Source: the human T2T-CHM13v2.0 reference genome, Homo sapiens
DNA length: 64,000 nt
Direction: 5' to 3' (one strand)
Assembly (NCBI RefSeq): GCF_009914755.1
Contig: NC_060927.1
A program made the translations under genes and the position numbers. Position 1 is the stretch's first letter, and every line of letters starts with the position of its first letter. Below the pieces are notes generated by a model. The model had not been told where the DNA came from and did not search any database. It saw nothing but the letters and a program-made list of their open reading frames with translations. This document shows positions 1 through 64,000 of the stretch, piece after piece.

Positions 1-522
1 CATCCATCGTCCACACCATGAGCCCACAGCCAGGCCTCTCTGATCCATACCTGCATCACCTTTCACACATGTCCCTTCAGGCGGCCCCTCAGACTCAAGC
101 TGTCCAGAGTAGAGTTGGCCATGGCCCACCATTTACCCAGATGCTCACACCTGAAACTCGAGTTCTTTGCTCCCACCACATCCATCACCAGCTCCCATCG
201 GTTCTCTAGTCTCTGCCCCTAGTGCAACTGCAATCCTTCTTGCCCTCGTCTCCTGTGCAGTGCCTAGCTCAGGCCACCACTGTCTCAGTGCATCTCACAG
301 CTGAACCTGGGGCCTCACTGAGGAGTAACTAGAAATGAAGTGCTCAGATAGCAAGCACTGAAATGATAGAGCAGGGCCATCACTGTCACCCCTGCCTTAA
401 AACCTACCACTGACTTCCCATTTTCCTCAGAATACAATGCAAGAACTTGTACATGGCCTACCCAGCTCCATGCAGTCTGGTCTTGCCTGTTCTTGTGACC
501 AGCTGATCTTCCTGCAGCCCAT

Positions 523-1157
<635 letters not shown>

Positions 1158-3136
1158 TAGGAGCAGTTGTGGCAGGACACATGTGTCTTGCTGCCCTCCA
1201 TGTAACCGAATTGAATTCCGTAGAGGTATGCCCCTTCTTTCTGTGTCCTAAGACCCCTCCCTGGGGCTGCTGTCCCTCAGGCACTCAGCATTGCCCCAGC
1301 TATGAAGAAGCAGCAAGGAACATTCTGCAATGACCTCCTAGTCCCTGAACACTAAGCCTTAGAGATGCCAAAACAGCCTCTGCCCTCATGGGGATTAGAC
1401 TAGGAAAAGAGGCAACAACGTAACCATCACCTACATTACAGTTTTTACCAGTGGTCACAGAAACCCCAAAGAGAAGATAATTGGTCTGGGCCTTTGAAGG
1501 ATGAGTAGGAGTTTACCAACCAGCAGAAAGAGTACTCTAGGCATAGAAACATAAGCAGAGGCATGGCATTTAGCTCAGCTCCCAGAGACTTTTTCATGAA
1601 GCACGTAGGATGAGAGAGTCAGGCACGAGCCTTGTTTGTTTGTTTGTTTGTTTGTTTTTTAGCATATCTCCTCGGTCATCACTTTGAGCAGTTCCCTCAG
1701 ACTTCTGCTTCTTACTCTGGTGTTATAGGAAGAGTACCTACAGTGATTAAGAATGTGGACTTTGGAGTCTGGCAGGGCTGGATTTATCCCTCAGCTCAGC
1801 CGTGTGACCTTGGCCCTCTACCAGCCCAGCCCTCCCCAGCCTGTAGTTCCTGCCCCAGCCTTGGGAACTTGCTGCCCCTCCCTGATGGTCAGCATCTCCT
1901 CCAGACAGCCGTCATGGTGGCTGGCATTCCGCAGCTCTCTTGTCCTCGGCAGGGCCTGCCCTCCCCGGCTGCTGCAGTCTTCCCCTAGCCCACCTGACGC
2001 TCACTGGGCTTGGTACAGTGCAGCTCTTACCTCCCTCTCCTGCTTTTCCTTGCCCTGTGAGAATCACTGCTCCATTGGCAATGGTGTGTCTGACACGTTG
2101 AGCCAGATGAGTTGAGAGACCCCTTGTGCAGCTACTGATAATGACTTTATTAGCACAGCACTACAGCGCCTGTCTCTGTAGTCACTAAAAGTGGGTCAGA
2201 ACTCTCCAGGGGCGTGGGAGGGTCAGGTAAATGAGGCTGTTTTAAATTCCTGGGAAAGCCACTCCAATTACAGGTGCCGTGTTCCCCCTCCCCCTGGGAA
2301 GTGCTGTTTTGCTGGCATGCGTCACCCTCTCTGCACAGCCCCAGAACACTGCTAAGCAATTGTATCTTAAGAGAACAGAGACTGCCCCAGCTAGGGAAAA
2401 GGGTGCCGCAAAACTGGGTCAGGCCCTTCCATGGAGTTCCAGGTTCTGAGTGGGCTGTTTCTTAGAGGGTCTGGACTAGACCTTGCACTTGGGCTAGAAC
2501 AGAGGTTCTCATCTCTTTAAAGCTTTTGCTTAATTTTCCATCTCCCACCTCATGGGCCTCCTTTTTTAAAAGACTTTCCCTGCCAGACAGACTCCATTTA
2601 TTATTCATCAAAAGATAGTATGCAGTAAATAGCACTAAAAAGCAAATGAAGCATGTTTGAAAAGGTTGATGTTTTAGTTTCTGTGATGTGATGGCATATG
2701 AAGGAATGAATCTTTATGTGGCCATTTGGAGACATTGGCTACAGCCTCAGGGCTCTTCGTTTACCTTTACTGGCTTCCTGGACAGCCACACCAGGAGCCC
2801 AGCACTTAGAGGACCCTAATGTGGGCAGGGGGCTCTGGGTCACCCTGGCCTCAGCATCCGTTTCTGTTCCTCACTCTCACATTGGGTCAGAGCCCCCCCC
2901 CCGCCCCCGCCCCCCGAGTAGGGGGTCCACAGGCTGAGTGGTGGAGGGAGAGGTGGTAGGAGCTGCTGGAGATGGAATACGAATGTCCCAGATTATCTGG
3001 GATTCAAAACCTATGGTCTGTAACCAAGGACCTTGTGTAGTTGTTGCCCCAGAATAACTCTTGGCATTTTATTTTTTAAATACTTTAAATTCTAAATCTG
3101 AGTTAATGTCCATTTCTTCTCACTTTTCTCCAACAG

Positions 3137-21928
<18,792 letters not shown>

Positions 21929-22319
21929 AGAAGCCAGCCCATGACATTTTCCTGCTCCTCTCTCAGCTGAGCCCTTAGCAGAGAATCAAAGCCATGCCTG
22001 GCCGAAGGGGTACTTCCAGGTCAGGGGAAATTTCAGTCCCCCATCTCCATCATGAACATGGCAGCCCCAAAGCTGAGCAAGGCCAAAGACAGGGTTTTCC
22101 AACCCCCAGCCTCTTGACTGGTGACCACCACCCCTTCTTGTCACTGTCTCCCACCCACCCCATCTTTGCTGGGATTCCCATCAACTCTCAGAACTGTGTG
22201 GGGTTTCCCTGGGGCCTTGTGGAAGCCATGACTTCACAAAGACCCTACCTGTCAGTTCTTGTTTCTGGGGAGGAGGGATCACCTGCACTGAGAATGAGGC
22301 AGTTTGACACAGATCACAA

Positions 22320-22325
22320 AATAAA
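22320..22325 (+). terminator. MTMR14 polyadenylation signal
   Basis: AATAAA about 390 nt after the stop, followed by a GU/U-rich downstream element (cttgtgtcatcatttggttattgtctttgt). Confidence 0.85.
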
Positions 22326-22688
22326 ATCAAAGTCTTTTTGAATAGCCACTCTTGTGTCATCATTTGGTTATTGTCTTTGTGGAGCTACTAGGAAGGTTCT
22401 CATTGTCCTTCCTTGTGCTGGACAAGGGGTTTTTATGTGGAGGGCAGGTGAAACAGGAAGAGAACTGGCGACAGGTATACCTCTCCACTCATGAGCCATG
22501 GTAGTCCCTGCAGTGGGGACAACACTCAAGACTGTTGAGAGTAGTGGTTCTCGGGCCTAAGCAGGTCCTAGTCACCTAGAGAGCCTGATGAGCTGTGCAC
22601 ATTCCCAGGGCTGCCTGAGCTTTAGCCTTAGGGTTGCTAAGGAAGTTGCCTGGGAATTAGGAGCTGGAGGATCTTCATTTTTTTCAGA

Positions 22689-22966
<278 letters not shown>

Positions 22967-23587
22967 AGGATCTTCATCTTTAACAAGTTCTGTAGGCAGC
23001 AGGGTCCTGGTACGGGTGACCTGCATCCCCTACCTTGAGCCCTGCCTATGGAGGAAGGACTGGCTTCTGAAGCTTTGGAGATAGCAATTGGTGTGCATGT
23101 GTGGTGGGTGAGAGCCTGGCTGACCACCACCCTCTTCTACAGTGTAACCTACAGTAGATTGCGTCATGAGAGTGTGTCCGCATCTGTAACGCCATGAAAG
23201 TCGTGAGGGTTAAAGGCATGGGCAGACAGCTTTGCACGGTGCTCAACAGCCACCATTTACTGTCATCATTGTGAATACCCAGAGGACAAATCATAAATAC
23301 CAGTGAATGTTTATTGAGCACTTGCTGTGTGCTAAGTGTTTTCCTTGGGTTATCTCAGTAAAATTTTACAGCACCTAAAGTAGCTGCTGTTAAAGGCCTT
23401 TCTGACGGCCTTTCACGGTTGAGCCACAGAGATGTTGAGTAACTTGTCCAAGGTCACACAGCTACTAAGAGATGTACTTTTCCTATTCAGAGACCTAGGC
23501 AGGCTGGGAGTGGGAAAAGACAGAAACACTAAGGGAGTGGCTCAGTAAGAGGCAACAATTCCAGTGCCCACCAGGTGCCCCAAATGT

Positions 23588-23608
23588 TTCAGCATCATGG
23601 ACAACTCT
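23588..23608 (+). promoter_or_regulatory. RE1/NRSE-like REST site upstream of CPNE9
   Basis: TTCAGCATCATGGACAACTCT vs consensus TTCAGCACCnnGGACAGCGCC; canonical half-site spacing, several mismatches. Confidence 0.5.
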
Positions 23609-23951
23609 AGGGGGCTTGGGTTTCCACCCCAGAGACTTGCGCAGGGCAGACTCTACCAAGGTGTGGGTTGGAGTTGGGAGTCGGGGTGAGGTTCCCCGCT
23701 GGCTCCAGGCTGCTCCAATGGGGCGGGGGCCGCCCGCAGGGCCGGGCGGGGCTGTGCTGCCATCTGGAGCCGCTGCCGCCGGCGGCCACTGTCAGGGCGC
23801 GAGCGGCTGGAGCGCACGCAGGGCTGGAGCGAGTGCAGCCGCCGCCGCCGCCGACACCGCGGCACATGGGCCGGCCCCGCCGCTGCCGTCGCCCCTAGCC
23901 CCAGCAGCCCTGGTCTCGCAGCCTCCTGCGGCTCTGGTCGCCCGACCAGCC

Positions 23952-49650
<25,699 letters not shown>

Positions 49651-49844
49651 GGATTCCACATATCCAATGCCTCACAGTCTGCAAGCCTGCTCACCCACTG
49701 CTTCTGCTTTAAGCCAGAGGCACCTGGAACCCTGGACTTCACTGGGAGGGCCAACTTGGAGGATCAGTGCTGGCTGACAAGCCCTCCGCCTCCTTGCCTG
49801 CAGAGGGCCTGGCACTATCACCACCTCTCTGCCTTCATGCCAAT

Positions 49845-49850
49845 AATAAA
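49845..49850 (+). terminator. CPNE9 polyadenylation signal
   Basis: AATAAA about 195 nt after the stop. Confidence 0.85.
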
Positions 49851-51149
49851 GCTGATCTTTATTCCACCTCTGTCTCATGCATGTTGGCGAAGGAAGACTA
49901 TGGGACCCAACGACTGGGGCCACATCAAGAGGGAGGGAACCAGGATGGCTTCAGTTAGATTCATCCCCATCCTAACACGTTCATCCAATCACTTCTTCAT
50001 ACATTCTTCAAAGACCTTAATAAGTGAAACTTTGTATGTTTTTCCTCAGGAGAGAGGCCCATAGTTGTTTTTTTTCTTTTTTCCATAAAATCCGAATCCT
50101 ACACACGACCCATAGTTCTCAGCAGATTCTCAAACGAATTCCTGACCACTAAAGGAGATAACTTAGTATAACTCTGCTTTGATCCATCTATTCTGAATTA
50201 TTTTAATAAGGATAATAACAGCTAATATTTTCTTTGAACATTCACTACATGTCAAACCGTGTGCTAGGTGATTTACAAGCATCATCTCATTTAATTCTCA
50301 CAACAACTCTGAGAACAGGTACTATATATTATTCCCACTTTACACATAAGGAAACTGAGGCTCTGAGAAGATGAGTCATTTAAGATAATTCATCAGTTTG
50401 ACTTCAGATCCCAAGATCTTAATCAGCAAACCTCTTCCTGGCATGTCGATTTTATTGGGATGGTTTTTAGAAAACATACATTTTATTGGGTCAAATGCAA
50501 AGTTTGCATTAAGAAGATAGAAGCTTTCAGATGCTTTGGGCTTTGTCCCAGAACCCTGGAAGACCTTTCACGCTCCTCTTTGATGACAAAACTGGAGAAG
50601 TATTGTTTAAGGATGTCTCCCCCTGCCATGCAAGTTCTCTGAAACCCTCAAGAACTAACAACAGAGTTTTCGAGCTCTGTTTTACAAATAAGGAACTTAA
50701 AGAACTGAACTTGCCCACGTTCACATTGCTAGGAGGTGACCCACTCACATTAAATCAGCTGTTTTGGCACCATGTTCCAATCAGCAACCCGCAGCACATC
50801 CCTGCCAACCCACAGATTTCCCACCGCTTTACCAGACAAGCCCTTTCACACCCACCGGCCCCAAACCAGCCCCTTCTCTCAGACCCATACCTTTTCTCTA
50901 GCACCTCTCCTTTACTTTTCCCAAGTTTCTTCCCTTTCCTTCAGTCACGCCCCGTTATCCCTAATCGGTCCTGCCCTTTCCCCACAGCTCCGCCCCTGCC
51001 TTACCAAGCCCCGCCTGCTCCCTTCAGCGTCGCATCGCTTTTTCCAACTTTGTTCTTTATTTCTAGTCCAGCTCCACTTTCCAGGCTCATCCAAAGCTCC
51101 GCCCTTTCTCTCCCGAGTACTCTTCTTCTGTTTAGCCCCACTTTTTACC

Positions 51150-52550
51150 CCGCTATTCTAACAGGCCCCCGCTGTGCGGTAGCCCCGCCCCCTCCCACAA
51201 GCCCCGCCCCACAGACCGGTCTAGTCTCCAGCCCCGCCCCGGTCCTACCCATAACTACCGGTCCCTTAGGCTCCAGCCCGCATCCCTCTTGCTCCCGGCC
51301 CTGCCCCCAGCCCCGCCCCGTGACTCTGGCCCCGCCTCACCGCCTTCCTCCGAGACCAAGGCCAGGTCCCTCCCGCAGCCGCGGCGCCAGCAGGAGGCAG
51401 GGAGCGGATAGGGAGGAGGCAGAGGGGGAGGGGAGAAGGGCGGGCTCCTCACGCCCAGCCCCGCGCTCACCGTCCGTGGTTGCAGATTCGCCACAAACCG
51501 CCCGACGACCCCAGATCCCGAGTACGGTGACTTCAGTCTCCAGAAACTCCACTCTAAGATGGGAGAGCTAGAGAAGCCCTGTGGGGTGTCCAGGGTCCTT
51601 TCTGAATCCCGGAGCACGGTCTTTCGAGCCTCAGCGGGCGGGCGGGGATCCGTGGCGAAAGTGCAGCTCAGTAGCGCCGCGGCGCCACGTTTACCCTGCG
51701 CAGACGCCGTCGCCGCCGCTGCTGCCGCCGCCGCTGCCACAGCCTTTGCCGCCACGGTCTCCGCCGCCGCTGTCCTCGCGCTGCCTCTGGGAGCCTCCAT
51801 TGTTCCAGCAGCGCCCGGTCCCGAGACCGGGCATCTTGGGGGCTCGCGAAACGGGCGGCGGCCGACGGAGTTGAGACCCCAGGGCGCCGGCGGGACCAGG
51901 AGCGGCAGGGGTCAGCTCAGGAATCCCGGGGAGCCGGGACCAAAGCGTGGGGCGGCAGGGGGCCGGGGTGGCGAGGTCTACGGTCTCCGGAGTTGGGGCT
52001 CCCCCTTCCCGGCCCGACTTTCCCCGCCGACCTCCCCAAGTGGGGTCGGAGCCCCGGCGGGCGCCCCCGGCGATGAGCCCGGACTCGAGGTGGCCGGTGA
52101 GTGCGGGCCTGGGACCAGGGCGGGAGTGGCCGGCAGGGAAGGGGTAGGCTACGTTCGTGGGACGCGCACTGAGCCGCGTGGCCCGGGAACCTCTCTGGCA
52201 ACTCCAGTTGGGAGAACTGACAGTGCATTGCTTCCCAGCAGGCATCCTGGGGCAACAGTGTATCTTTCGGGGCTGCCCGGGCTAGTGGCAGGCGGGGAGC
52301 CTTGTTTCACTTGTTACACTTCCACAAAGGGGAAACGCCGCCGCATCCGGAGAGTGGGCTGCGGGCACTGCCGGGGCCCAGCCCTATCCCTCCGGCCCCC
52401 GCCCCTTACTTCCTCCAGCCCCCTGAGCTTCAGGGGCAGATGCAGCCGCCATTCTCCTTGGGCCCTCCCCACGGGCTTTCTGGTCTAAGTTCTCGTCTCC
52501 CTCGCCTGTGCCTCTGCTGCCGGGTTCCAAGGGGAGATTGCTGATTCGCT
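51150..52550. promoter_or_regulatory. BRPF1 CpG island / promoter
   Basis: Dense CpG; repeated GCCCCGCCC Sp/KLF boxes at about 51182, 51201, 51231 and 51310; GCC-rich leader at about 51705-51770. Confidence 0.88.
51690..52096 (+). other. BRPF1: BRPF1 exon 1 (5' UTR; start approximate)
   Basis: Strong donor CCG|gtgagt at 52096/52097 inside the CpG island; the TSS cannot be fixed from sequence. Confidence 0.7.
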
Positions 52551-53329
52551 GTGCTACTTTGGGAACCATTCACCCGGGACCCAGCTTGGAAAGAGGAGAG
52601 CTTGTTTGTGCTTCGGTTGGTTTATGTTTAAAGACACAGCCGCAGGTAGGAAATAGAAGAGTTGCAGTTGGACGTGTAGCGTTACTGATGTGAAAATCAG
52701 GAGCCGTTGACAGTGGAGCTGGAGCAGCCCACTTGCCTGGTTAAGGCACAGGTGGAGAGGCCAAGAGGGGTTATTTTGTCAGGGAGCTCATGATAGCCCT
52801 GCCTGGCTGGGATGGTGCCAAGCCCCTAGCTGAATGGTTGAACTCAACTAGGCCGAGAGAAATTGGGGCAGTCTCTGACCAAGCTGGGCTTCCTGAGGCC
52901 TGGTGCCATCTGCTGTCTACACTCACCCAGGAATGTTGGGGAGCGGGGAGGGAGGGCCCCTGCGGACCAGCATGGAGCTGAGCATGCCTAGATTGTCGCG
53001 TTCGTGTTTGTACCCTTAGGGCCTGGCACTTGGTAGTCACTCAGTTGATGTGTGAGTGGGTGAACAGCTCAAATGTAATACAAGCTGCTGTCACTGACTA
53101 AATGACCTCAGTTTTCACTTTGTTTCACAGTACATCTCCTACCCAGTACCAGGGCCAGGCTCCCCATAAAGACCTCAAAAGTAAATGAATTCTTTCTGTG
53201 ATCCAGTGATTTCTGCAGGAGTCCAACGCTAAAGCATTAGCCACCCACCCATTCAGCTTTCTACATGGCCTTCATCCCATCTGAGCTCTCAGTCTGGTGA
53301 TCCCCTCATTCAGCTATTCGTTCAACAGG

Positions 53330-53980
53330 TCATTCATTCGTTCGCCAAAAACTGAATGTCCAGTGCATGCTAGGTACTGGGGATGCAGAGGTGGATAGGC
53401 TCTGGTACCCTTGCTACACAGCTCCCAGTCCAGGGGGGAGACAACTTTCAGTATGTCAAGTGCTGTGGTAGAGGTGAGAATGGAATGCTGTGGAAACAGC
53501 TCCCCATGGGAGAGTCAGAGAAGTTGTGTCAGAAGTGACATTTGAGCTGGTTTTTTGAAGAATGAGTAGGAGCCCACCAATCAGAAAGTATGGAGGGCAT
53601 TCCAAATAGGGATCATTTTGCAGGAATGAGAGGTTATAACATTCAGGGAATGGCAAGATCCCCTGTGTAGACAAAAACAGCTGTAACTTGTAAAAAGAAA
53701 GGAGGACTAGGGCCAGTCAGTGAAAGGAGCTCTTTGAATGGCATCATAGAGAATTTGGAATATTATCTTGAAGGAACTGGGAGCATCAGGAGGCTTTTAA
53801 TGAAGAGAGTGTCATGATCATTACTACCTGGTAGAAAGATCATTCTCCTACATGATGTGAGATTGGGCTAAAGAAGTTGAGACATAGGGCAGGATAACCA
53901 GGCAAGAGGTGATGAGGGCCCAGATATGGGCTATGGTGGAGGAGATGGCATTTGGAGACACTGTAGAGGTAGGCTGGCCA
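53330..53980 (-). mobile_element. L2 fragment
   Basis: cattcattc start and antisense L2-like body. Confidence 0.55.
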
Positions 53981-54074
53981 GAATCTGGTGACTCCAAGTG
54001 AGGGGGAGGGCTAGAAAGACTGGGGTCTCTGGTGCAAATGGCCAGGAACTCATCCCCAGCCTTATGTTAACTGA

Positions 54075-63999
<9,925 letters not shown>

Positions 64000-64000
64000 C

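Noticed and set aside
23718-23951. In-frame upstream ATG that could add 78 aa to CPNE9
   Set aside because: The ATG overlaps the CCAAT/GC-box promoter elements and is probably upstream of the TSS; the extension is low-complexity.
50531-51571. 346-aa Pro/Ser-rich ORF between CPNE9 and BRPF1
   Set aside because: It has no recognisable domain and low-complexity composition, and it runs through the C-rich promoter GC boxes where stop codons are naturally scarce.
51559-52488. 309-aa Ala/Gly-rich ORF over BRPF1 exon 1, plus overlapping minus-strand ORFs
   Set aside because: This is a CpG-island artefact: it crosses the exon 1 donor into the intron, and its poly-Ala comes from GCC repeats.

Overview
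This is mammalian DNA, almost certainly human (Alu-dense; the gene order MTMR14-CPNE9-BRPF1 matches chr3p25.3), not a prokaryotic or accessory region. Three intron-containing genes lie in tandem on the + strand. (1) The 3' ten exons of MTMR14, including the HCISGWDRT phosphatase P-loop, with the stop at 21926-21928 and AATAAA at 22320. (2) The complete CPNE9 copine gene, ATG 23952 to stop 49650; my 21 hand-assembled exons total 1662 nt (553 aa) only if a 3-nt AAG microexon at 25673-25675 is included. (3) The CpG-island promoter and exons 1-8 of BRPF1, covering the zinc finger, PZP module and bromodomain. The rest is about 35 Alus, L2/MIR/L1 fragments, Tigger/hAT DNA transposons, a solo LTR and microsatellites. 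Most short ORFs in the supplied track are spurious. I see no new self-contained biological system. The most interesting signals are regulatory: a UGC-rich, SRRM4-type 3-nt microexon plus two REST/RE1 motifs at CPNE9; a splice-assembled uORF ending 4 nt before the BRPF1 start codon; an L2-like alternative last exon of CPNE9 ending in a PDZ-type motif; an in-frame MTMR14-CPNE9 read-through junction; three fold-back palindromes inside Alus; and nested transposons. Exon boundaries were read by eye from GT/AG sites and reading-frame continuity. Gene names, reference lengths and repeat family names come from recall, not from a search.
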